Of a stretch of DNA of 64,000 nucleotides, positions 1 through 10,825 are shown in pieces. Source of the DNA: Antedon mediterranea. Lineage: Eukaryota > Animalia > Echinodermata. Where the stretch lies: NCBI RefSeq assembly GCF_964355755.1, contig NC_092673.1, positions 27,277,648 through 27,341,647 on the forward strand, in the 5' to 3' direction. A model generated the notes under the pieces. It had not been told where the DNA came from. It ran no database searches and saw nothing but the letters and a program-made list of their open reading frames with translations. Both the position numbers and the translations under genes were made by a program. Position 1 is the stretch's first letter, and each line of letters opens with the position of its first letter.

Positions 1-28
1 AGAGCGATAGCCCAGAGAGCGATAGCCT

Positions 29-159
29 AAAAAAAAAAAAAAAAAAAAAAAAAAAGATCCTGACAATAACAAGAGGTTATCCGCCAAGTGCGGATAACCA
101 AAAAAAAAAAAAAGATCCTTACAATAACAAGGGGTTATCCGCCAAGTGCGGATAACCAA
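29..159 (-). repeat. Stack of two 5'-terminal hairpin modules belonging to elements upstream of the window
   Basis: A-run + gatcct(g/t)acaataacaag(a/g)ggttatccgccaagtgcggataacc, twice. Confidence 0.8.
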
Positions 160-1677
160 CTAGATTTGAACTCGTCACTTTGACGAGTTCGGGTTATCCG
201 CGCAAACGCAACATGCACATACTTTAAACTATATGAACTTCGACAATTATTATACCATCCTATGACATGAATTAAGAATGTTTACAGTGCTGAATTGTAC
301 CTATTTTGTAGCATACAGCATATTACAGTGTTTACAGAATACACTGTATGTTATATACAGTGTAGAATAGACGAAATTATGAGACCCATCTTTTAAATCC
401 AATTATTAACACGATGACGTCATCAAATTGGCATATAAAGATAACAATTTTAGAAGATAATTATCTAAATAATTACATTAATACAAATTATTTTAAGAAT
501 TTTGGGCACGTGAAAGTGAGATGCGCTCTCGTTTAAACGCAATGAAGTTTTACGCAAGAGGTGAAAATATGTCTTTTTGAATTTAACTGGCCCTATGATG
601 ACATCACAACATCTGATTGGCAAAATATTCACATGAATTCGTATCTACAATCTAATAGCTTCCAGAAAACGTTTTAATCATGATCATCACTTATAATTCT
701 GACGAGCTATAACAGATTGAAATTTACTGTAAAGATGAAAATAAGTGACCCACGTTATTCACGTTTTTAGACATGATGACGTCATAAAAATTAAAATATT
801 TTTAATTCATGTGAAAGATAGTTGATTGACGTACACATAATTAAAATCTCGGGGGAAATTGAGTACGTATAAGTTAAATGCGCTCTGTTGAATGTGATGA
901 GCAGTAACGAAAGAGACAAAAATCCTATATTTTACATTCGTGTGGCCATACGATGACGTCATAACATCCGAGAAGTAAAAATTCTGCATGAATTCATATC
1001 TACAATTTATCGTCTTACATAATAAGTTAAAAAAATTGGGGGTCGCCTTTGATCCTGAAGAGCTATAATAGATTCAAAATAGGCATAATTTTGACAATAT
1101 GCTGTCACTTTTGCAACTAAAACGCGCGCAAATGGTCTAAATCAACGTGTTCGTATGACGTCATTTTAATTTGAAATGATGTCAATCTTTTTTAAAATAA
1201 CTAGGAAAGACTGTAAAATCATAATTCAAGAGAAAAACACATGATTTTCATCCTCCGTGCGCACCTTACGCGTAATTTTTTTCGCGCGCGTGGGAATTTT
1301 TGACATGCTCAAAATGTCATGATCAGCGTAGAAAGTTGATTAGAAATTAATTTTGCGCATTTTGAAATTTTAAATGCGCGTACGCGCGTAACTTCTTGTG
1401 AAACATGCCATTTTTAATCCATAGAAAGTTTGCCCATGATATGACTTAAATTTTCATTAAGTGTCAATACAAAATAACTTTTGGTTTATAATTTATGATC
1501 AATCATTGAAATTCATAAAATTGCGCGTAACTTACGCTGCGCGACTCTAACGTCATTAAAAATATGGAGGTGCACAACTTCAGGTAAATTTCCATATAAT
1601 GACAAAGTTATACAAAAGATATATTCACAAGCAATAGGGGATATGCTGTACACAAAAATCCGGGAAAGAAAGAAGAA
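160..1677 (-). mobile_element. HINE-like copy 1 (long type, divergent; 5' hairpin displaced)
   Basis: ctag + aactcgtc/gacgagtt hairpin at 160-190; ends at agaaagaagaa|ctag with no terminal hairpin. Confidence 0.8.
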
Positions 1678-3209
1678 CTAGACATGAAACTCGTCACATT
1701 GACGAGTTAGTTATCCGCACAACGACAAACGCCACGTGCACGTCATACGTTGGAATATTGCACACAGATAAAGATTATGGCATTATGACAAGAACTGAAG
1801 AATATGATATGCTGTTAGTGCTGAATTCTGTCAATTTTGTGTCATATAGTATATACATGCAAACAGTATAATCTGTATACATATTACATACAGTGTAGAA
1901 TAGGTGAAATTACGGGACCCGCCATTTATTCCAATTTTTAACATGGCGACGGTATCAAAATGAAACACTTGGATAGCAATTTCAGAATGAAATTATCTCA
2001 GGAACAACATATTAACGTGTAGAAGAAATTTGAATACGTAAAATATAGATGCGTACCCTTTTAAATGTGATGAACTATTACGCAAAATATGAAAATACGT
2101 CTTTTTTTATTCAACTGGCCATATGATGACGTCACAACATCCGATTGGCAAAATGTTTACATGAATTCGTATCTACAATCCAATAGCTTCCAGAAAACGT
2201 TTTAATCGTGATTATCACATTTTATTCTGATGAGCTATAACAGATTAAAATTTACTGTAAAGATAAATATAAGTGACCCACGTTATTTACATTTTTAGAC
2301 ATGATGACGTCATAAAAATTAAAAAAAATTTTACTCATGCGTAAAATAGTTGATTGACCTAGAAAATGTCAAAATCTGGGTTAAAATGGAATACGTATAA
2401 GTGGAGAGGCGCTCTATTAAATGAGATGCGCTATGACGAAAGATACAAAAATCCTATATTTTACATTCGTGTGGCCATACGATGACGTCATAACTTCCGA
2501 GAGGTAAAAATTCTGCATGAATTTATATCTACAATTTATCTTCTTGCATAATAAGTTAAAACAAATTGGGGTCACCTTTGATCCTGACGAGCTATAATAG
2601 ATTCAAAATAGGCATAATTTTGACAATATTTTGTCACTTTTGCAACTAAAACGCATGCAAATGGTCTAAATCAACGTGTACGTATGACGTCATTTTAACT
2701 TGAAATGATGTCAATCTTGTTTAAAATGACTACGAAAGGCTGGACACTCAAAATTCCAGAAAAAAAACATGGTTTTCATACTCCGTGCGCCCCTTACGCG
2801 TAAATTTTTTCGCGCGCGTGGGAATTTTTGACATGCTTAAAATGTCATGATCGGCGTAGAAAGTTGATTAGAAATTAATTTTGCGCATTTTGAAATTTTA
2901 AATGCGCGTGCGCGCGTAACTTCTTGTAAAACATGCCATTTTTAATCCATAGAAAATTTGCACTTGATATGACTTAAATTTTCACAAAGTGTCAAAACAA
3001 AATTACGTTTGGTTTTTAATCTATGGTCAATCATAAAAAATCATAAAATCGCGCGTAAGTCACGTTGCGCAACTCTGACGTCATTCAAAAATAGGAGGTG
3101 CACAACTTCACGTATATGCCCATATGTTGACAAAGTTATGAAATGTTATGTTTACAAGTTTTTGAGATACGTGAGACACAAAAATGGGGGAGAAAGAAAT
3201 AAGAAAAAA
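1678..3209 (-). mobile_element. HINE-like copy 2 (long type; 5' hairpin displaced)
   Basis: Same 3' terminus at 1678; body homologous to the other copies. Confidence 0.8.
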
Positions 3210-4414
3210 CTAGATTTGAACTCGTCACTACGGACGAGTTAGGTTATCCGCAGAGCAAAAGCCACGTGCACGTCATACGTTAGAATATTGCGCAGAGAAA
3301 AACATTATGCCATTGAAAAAATGTTAGTGCGCTCTCTATTTTACGTCACGTCTAAGTATACACAGTATACACTATATATTGTATACGTACTACATACAGT
3401 GAAGAATATGTGAAAATAAGTGGCCCAAGTTATTGACGCTTTTGGACATGATGACGTCATCACAATTTAAAAAATGGTAAATCATGCGAAAGATAATTGA
3501 TTGACCTAGACAAAATAAAAAAATTGAGGGAAATGGAATACGGATAAGTGGAGATGCGCTCTATTAAATGTGACGAGCTATGACGAAAGAGACAAAAATC
3601 CTATATTTCATTTTCGAGTGGCCAAACGATGACGTCACAATGTCCGGTTAGCCATATCGATGCATGATTCGATATCTACAACTCATTATCTTCCAGAATG
3701 TGTAATTTAAAAAAAGTTCTCCTCGTAGTTTACAATCTATGACTGTTTTAAAAAAGGCATAATTTTGACGAATTTTTGAACTTTTTCTTAAAAAATGCGC
3801 GCAAATTGTTTAATTCTACGTGCTCGTATGACGTGATTTTAAGTCGAAATTGATTGAAAATTGGTAAATGTACTAGAAAAGGCAGAAAAAACAAAAATCA
3901 AGCAAAAAAAAGATGTTTTTGCGCTACGTGCGCACGCGCGCGTAAAAAATATGCGCACGCGTGGGAATTTTTGAAATGCTCAAAATGACCTGAAACGCGT
4001 AGAAAGTTGATTAGAAATAAATTTTTCGCAATTTGAAATTTTAATCGCGCGTGCGCGCGTAACTTTATGTAAAACATGCCATTTTTAATCCATAGAAAGT
4101 TTGCCCTTGATATAACTTAAATGTTCACCAAGTGTCATTACAAAATGACTTTTGCTTTTTAGTCTATGTTAATTACGCGAAATTCATAAAATCGCGCGTA
4201 GCTTACGCTGCGCGACTCTAAAGTAAAAAAACGAGCTGTCCTGCACTTCTACACATAGAGGTAAATCTTCTGACAAAGTTATACGATGTAATGTTGATCA
4301 GAATTTGAGATACACGTGACACAAAATTTTGGGAAAGAAAGAAGAATAACATAGAAAAAAAAAAAAAAGATCTTGACAATAACAAGAGGTTATCCGCCAA
4401 GTGCGGATAACCAA
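3210..4414 (-). mobile_element. HINE-like copy 3 (short ~1.2 kb type, complete)
   Basis: ctagatttgaactcgtcactacggacgagtt end; ggttatccgccaagtgcggataacc hairpin at 4388-4412. Confidence 0.82.
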
Positions 4415-4587
4415 CTAGAACTTAAACTCGTCACTTGAGGACGAGTTTGGTTATCCGCCAGCAACAAAGCGTATCTTGCGTATTCAAGTACTTCCAAGTT
4501 ATGACTTTTCCAAAAAAAGTAGGCTATTCAAAATTAAAACTGCCCTCTCAGTGTAATAACCAACTAAACCCTTTTAATTAATTGTTT

Positions 4588-4659
4588 TCCCGTGACGGGA
4601 CTCGAACCCGGTACCTCTGATACCAAAGTCGGTTGCATTACACATCGAGCCATATGACC
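4588..4659 (-). pseudogene. tRNA-derived (tRNA-Pro-like/SINE-head-like) degenerate sequence with Pol III A and B boxes
   Basis: Reverse complement ggtcataTGGCTCGATGTGtaatgcaaccgactttggtatcagaggtaccgGGTTCGAGTCCcgtcacggga; T-arm largely intact, acceptor and anticodon stems poor. Confidence 0.65.
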
Positions 4660-5347
4660 ACCTGCTGACGAAAATCCGAAGAAAGAGTCCTCGTTCATTC
4701 GGTATGTCGTGAACCCCCTCGATGCAAGTTGATTATTACATATCAAACTTAAATCATAAATTTTACTATGATGAAATCTTCAAAAATTTTAAACGCTGAT
4801 ATTTTATGAAAGTACATACTTTCAAGTTTTATATATTAACATGTAAAGAAAAAAGATAAATGTTATGTTTATTGTTTTGCTCTTTAAATAAGTTTATGTT
4901 TGTTTGATGATAAATATTTCAAAAATTATATTTAATATGCAAATAATGTAGCCATCAAACACGTTTTAGCATTCAACACTATAATAAATCAGACCTATGA
5001 TTCATACACTGCAAGAAATTAAAATAAAAAATGGGGGTAACCTTGCATTCTGATGAACTGTGTCATTTTTAAAAGTAGACATATTTTGGAACATTTTCAC
5101 AATTTGTTGACGTTTTCGTGCGCAACCTGTCATGTTTAACGTGCTCGTAGAACGCCATTTCAAGTTGAAAAGTGAATAAAATAACGTAAAATTGTTAACA
5201 GAAGATTTAAAAACACAAATCGTGTAAAAGAAATGCTCATACCTGTTCCCTGCGCCGTGCGCGCGTAAAAATGTGCGCACCAGTGGCAATTTTTTAAACG
5301 CTTAAAATGACCTGAATCGTGCTCTAATTTAATCAGAAATTGATTTG

Positions 5348-5953
5348 AAGCATTTTAAAATTTCAAACGCCATTTACGCGCGCACTTTCTAATGTTACAA
5401 ATTGCGATAGCGTTAAAAAAGTTAACTATTGATGTGAAGCAAACGTGGCTGAAAATGACGTTAAAAAATATTCATTTGTTTCGAAGTTATAACCAATTTA
5501 AGATTTTCAGAAAATCACGCGTAACTTACGCTACGCGGCTCTGACATCGTCAAAAAGCTTGGCTGGACAACTTCAGTAAAATGTCTATATGTTGAACAAG
5601 TTACAAAATGTTATGTTAACGCGTTACAGAGAAACAGCGTGCACAAATTAGGAGCATTTTAAAATTTCAAACGCAGTTTACGCGCAGACTTTCTAGTGTT
5701 CAAAAATTTGCTGAAGAGCGAAAAAGTTAGCCATTGATGTGAAGAAAACGTGGCTGAAAATTTCGTTAAAAAATATTTATCGGTTTCGAAGTTATGACCG
5801 ATTTAAGATTTTCAGAAAATCGCGCGTAACTTACGCTACGCGGATCTGACATTGTCAAAAAGCTTCGCAGTACATCTTCAGTTAATTGTCTATATGTTGA
5901 CCAAGTTACAAAATGTTATGTTAACACGTTCAAGAGAAAACGCGTACACAAAA
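5348..5953. repeat. ~300-bp internal tandem duplication in subfamily B (also in copies 5 and 6)
   Basis: agcattttaaaatttcaaacgc...cacaaa at ~5348 and again at ~5653. Confidence 0.8.
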
Positions 5954-5999
5954 TCGGAGAAAGAAAGAAGAATAATAAAAAAAAAAAGTAACACTACAA

Positions 6000-7621
6000 C
6001 TAGATCTTAAACTCGTCACTTGAGGACGAGTTTGGTTATCCGCCCGCAGCAAAACATATCTTGCGCATTCAAGTACTTTTCAGTTGTGACTTTTCCAAGA
6101 AGTAGCCTATTCAAAATTAAAACTGCCATTTCAGTGTAATAACCAAACAAATCCTTTTATTTAATCGTTTTCCCGTGATGGGATTCGAACCCGGTACCTC
6201 TAATACCAAAATCGGTTGCACTACACATCGATCCATATGAGCACCTGCTGAAGAAAATCCGAAGAAAGAGTCCTCGTTCATTCGGTATGTCGTGAACCCC
6301 CTCGATGCAAGTTGATTATTACATATCGAACTTAAATCATAATTTTTACTATGATGAAATCTTCACAAATTTTAAACACTGACATATTATGAAAGTGCAT
6401 ACTTTCAAGTTTTATATATTAACATGTAAAGAAAAAAGATAAACGTTATGTTTATTGTTTTACTCTTTGAATATGTTTATGTTTGTTTGGTGATAATTAT
6501 TTCAAAAATTACATTTAATATGCAAATAATGTAGCCATCAAACACTTTTTAACATTCAAGACTATAATAAATCAGAGCTATGATTAATACACTGCAAGAA
6601 ATTAGAATAAAAAATGGGGGTAACCTTGCATTCTGATGAACTGTTTCATTTTTAAAAGTAGACATATTTTGCAACATTTTCACAATTTGTTGACGTTTTT
6701 GTGCGCAACCTGTCATGTTTAACGTGCTCGTAGAACGCCATTTCAAGTTGAAAAGTGAATAAAATAACGTAAAATTGTTAACCGAAGATTTAAAAACACA
6801 AATCGTGTAAAAGAAATGCTCATACGTGTTCCCTGCGCCGTGCGCGCGTAAAAATGTGCGCACCAGTGGAAATTTTTTAAACGCTTAAAATGACCTGAAT
6901 CGTGCTCTAATTTAATCAGAAATTGATTTGAAAGATTTTAAAATTTCAAACGCCGTTTACGCGTGCACTTTCTAATGTTACAAATTGCGGTAGCGTTAAA
7001 AAAGTTAACTATTGATGTGAAGCAAACGTGGCTGAAAATGACGTTAAAAAATATTCATTTGTTTCGAAGTTATAACCAATTTAAGATTTTCAGAAAATCA
7101 CGCGTAACTTACGCTACGCGGCTCTGACATCGTCAAAAAGCTTGGCTGGACAACTTCAGTAAAATGTCTAAATGCTGAACAAGTTACAACATATTATGTT
7201 TACACGTTGAAGAGAAACAGCGTGCACAAAATAAGAAGAGTAAAATATTTCAAACGCAATTTACGCCAAAACTTTCTAATCTCCAAAAATTTGTTAAACA
7301 TTCCAAAAGTTAGCCATTGATGTGAAGAAAACGTGGCTGAAAATTTAGTTAAAAAATATTTATCGGTTTCAAAGTTATGACCGATTTAAGATTTTCAGAA
7401 AATCGCGCGTGACTTACGCTACGCGGATCTGACAGCGTCCAAAAGCTTGGCTGAACATCTTCAGTTAAATGTCTAAATGTTGACCAAGTTACAACATGTT
7501 ATGTTAACACGTTAAAGAGAAAACGCGTGCACAAAATCTGAGAAAGAAAGAAGAATAATAAAAAAAAAAAAAAAGTAACACTACAATAACAAGAGCTTAT
7601 CCGCTTGAGGCGGATAACCAA
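6000..7621 (-). mobile_element. HINE-like copy 5 (subfamily B, complete)
   Basis: ctagatcttaaactcgtcacttgaggacgagtt end; ttatccgcttgaggcggataacc hairpin at ~7597-7619. Confidence 0.82.
6171..6242 (-). pseudogene. tRNA-derived degenerate cassette, copy 2
   Basis: Homologous to 4588-4659; B box GGTTCGAATCC on minus strand. Confidence 0.62.
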
Positions 7622-9201
7622 CTAGCAACAAAGCGTATCTTGCGTATTCAAGTACTTCCAAGTTATGACTTTTCCAAAAAAAGTAGGCTATTCAAAATTA
7701 AAACTGCCCTCTCAGTGTAATAACCAACTAAACCCTTTTAATTAATTGTTTTCCCGTGACGGGTACTCGAACCCGGTACCTCTGATACCAAAGTCGGTTG
7801 CATTACACATCGAGCCATATGACCACCTGCTGACGAAAATCCGAAGAAAGAGTCCTCGTTCATTCGGTATGTCGTGAACCCCCTCGATGCAAGTTGATTA
7901 TTACATATCAAACTTAAATCATAAATTTTACTATGATGAAATCTTCAAAAATTTTAAACGCTGATATTTTATGAAAGTACATACTTTCAAGTTTTATATA
8001 TTAACATGTAAAGAAAAAAGATAAATGTTATGTTTATTGTTTTGCTCTTTGAATAAGTTTATGTTTGTTTGATGATAAATATTTCAAAAATTATATTTAA
8101 TATGCAAATAATGTAGCCATCAAACACGTTTTAGCATTCAACACTATAATAAATCAGACCTATGATTCATACACTGCAAGAAATTAAAATAAAAAATGGG
8201 GGTAACCTTGCATTCTGATGAACTGTTTCATTTTTAAAAGTAGACATATTTTGGAACATTTTCACAATTTGTTGACGTTTTCGTGCGCAACCTGTCATGT
8301 TTAACGTGCTCGTAGAACGCCATTTCAAGTTGAAAAGTGAATAAAATAACGTAAAATTGTTAACCGAAGATTTAAAAACACAAATCGTGTAAAAGAAATG
8401 CTCATACCTGTTCCCTGCGCCGTGCGCGCGTAAAAATGTGCGCACCAGTGGCAATTTTTTAAACGCTTAAAATGACCTGAATCGTGCTCTAATTTAATCA
8501 GAAATTGATTTGAAGCATTTTAAAATTTCAAACGCCATTTACGCGCGCACTTTCTAATGTTACAAATTGCGATAGCGTTAAAAAAGTTAACTATTGATGT
8601 GAAGCAAACGTGGCTGAAAATGACGTTAAAAAATATTCATTTGTTTCGAAGTTATAACCAATTTAAGATTTTCAGAAAATCACGCGTAACTTACGCTACG
8701 CGGCTCTGACATCGTCAAAAAGCTTGGCTGGACAACTTCAGTAAAATGTCTATATGTTGAACAAGTTACAAAATGTTATGTTAACGCGTTACAGAGAAAC
8801 AGCGTGCACAAATTAGGAGCATTTTAAAATTTCAAACGCAGTTTACGCGCAGATTTTCTAGTGTTCAAAAATTTGCTGAAGAGCGAAAAAGTTAGCCATT
8901 GATGTGAAGAAAACGTGGCTGAAAATTTCGTTAAAAAATATTTATCGGTTTCGAAGTTATGACCGATTTAAGATTTTCAGAAAATCGCGCGTAACTTACG
9001 CTACGCGGATCTGACATTGTCAAAAAGCTTCGCAGTACATCTTCAGTTAATTGTCTATATGTTGACCAAGTTACAAAATGTTATGTTAACACGTTCAAGA
9101 GAAAACGCGTACACAAAATCTGAGAAAGAAAGAAGAATAATAAAAAAAAAAAAAAGTAACACTACAATAACAAATGCTTATCCGCTTGAGGCGGATAACC
9201 A
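7622..9201 (-). mobile_element. HINE-like copy 6 (subfamily B, near-identical to copy 4; 3' hairpin deleted)
   Basis: Begins ctag|caacaaagcg, lacking the hairpin and subTIR present at ~4419-4462. Confidence 0.8.
7752..7824 (-). pseudogene. tRNA-derived degenerate cassette, copy 3
   Basis: As 4588-4659 with a 1-nt insertion at the B box (gggtactcgaacc). Confidence 0.6.
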
Positions 9202-9237
9202 AATAACAAAGGTTATCCGCTTGAGGCGGATAACCAA

Positions 9238-10825
9238 CTAGACATGTAACTCGTCACTTTGACGAGTTAGTTATCCGCACGACAAACGCCACGTGCACGT
9301 GATACGTTAGAATATTGCACACAGAAAAAGATTATGGCATTATGACCTGAACTGAAGAATATGATATGTTGTTATTGCTGAATTCTGTTATTTTGTGTCA
9401 TATAGACTTATACAATATAATCTGTATACATATTACATACAGTGTAGAATAGGTGAAATAACGGGACCCCCCGTTTATTCCTATTTTTAACATGGCGACG
9501 GTATCAAAATGAAAAACTAAGACAGCAATTTGGGAAGGAAATTATCTCAGTAACAACATATTAAAGTGCAGAAGAAATTTGAATACGTGAAATATTGATG
9601 CACGCTCTTTTAAATGTAATGAATTATGACGCAAAAGATGAAAATACGACTTTTCTTATTTAACTGGCCATATGATGACGTCACAACATCCGAATGGCAA
9701 CATTTTTACATGATTTTGTATCTACAATCCAATAGCTTCCAGAAAACGTTTTAATCGTGATTATCACATTTTATTCGTACGAGCTATAACAGATTAAAAT
9801 TTACTGTAAAGATGAAATTAACGGCACACGTAATTTAAATTTTTAAGCATGATGACGTCATAAAAATTAAAATATTTTTAACTCATGCAAAGGATAGTTG
9901 ATTGACCTAGACAATATCAAAATCGGCGTGAAAATGGAAAACGGATAAGTGGAGATGCGCTCTATTAAATGTGATGCGCTATGACAAAAGAGAAAAAATC
10001 CCTATATTTTATATTCGAGTGGCCATACGATGACGTCTAAATGTCCGGTTAGCCATATTGATGCATGATACGATATCTACAACTCATCATCTTCCAGAAA
10101 ACGTAATAAAAACAACTTTTACCGTTTAGTTTAGAAACTACAACTGTTTAAAAAAAGGTATAATTTTGACAAATTTTGATGAATTTTTGAACTTTTTCAT
10201 AAAAAACGCACATAAATTATCCAATTCTACGGGCTCGTATGACGTGATTTTAAGTCGAAATCGTTTAAAAGTTGGTAAAATTACTAGAAAAGGCTGGAAA
10301 AACCTAAATCACGCGAAAAAAATTGTTTTCAACGCTACGTGCGCACAACGCTCGTAAAAATATTCGCGCGCGTGGGAATTTTTTACATGCTCAAAATGAC
10401 ATGAAACGCGTAGAAAGTTGATTAGAAATTGATTTTTTACATTTTAAAATTTTAAACGCGCGTGCGCGCGTAACTTCGTGTGAAACATGCCATTTTTTTT
10501 TCACAGTCGGTTAGCGCAGAATATAAATTAAACTTTTGCTAAGTTTCAATTTAAATTGTTATATGGTTTTTGATTAATGTTAAATACGCTAAATTCGTTA
10601 AAACGCGCGTAAGTCATGTTGCGCAATTCTGACGTCATTCAAAAATAAAAAAGCACAACTTCACGTGAATGCCCATATGTTGACAAAGTTATGAAATGTT
10701 AACTGTACACGTTTTTGAGATATGCTCTGCACAAAAATGACAGAAAGAAAGAAGAATACAGAAAAAAAAAAAAGATGATGAAACAGGACAGTTACAAGGA
10801 GTTATCCGTGAAAGCGGATAACTAA
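9238..10825 (-). mobile_element. HINE-like copy 7 (long type, complete)
   Basis: Both termini present; 5' hairpin agttatccgtgaaagcggataact. Confidence 0.82.

Larger units (their letters stand above)
4415..5999 (-). mobile_element. HINE-like copy 4 (subfamily B, tRNA-cassette type); its 5' end resumes at ~9202-9237
   Basis: Breaks at gtaacactacaa|ctag; missing taacaaa..ttatccgcttgaggcggataacc found after copy 6. Confidence 0.82.

Noticed and set aside
29-159. Poly(A)-tailed retroposons (SINE/LINE) or intrinsic terminators
   Set aside because: A-runs are internal to the terminal module and followed by a conserved hairpin; there are no TSDs; the opposite end has Helitron-type hairpin + CTAG; no bacterial gene context.
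4588-4659. Functional tRNA gene
   Set aside because: Acceptor and anticodon stems do not pair well; reported as tRNA-derived only.
5002-8454. 95-104 aa minus-strand ORFs in subfamily B
   Set aside because: No HUH/Rep, helicase or other motif; start and stop positions differ among copies; consistent with chance ORFs.
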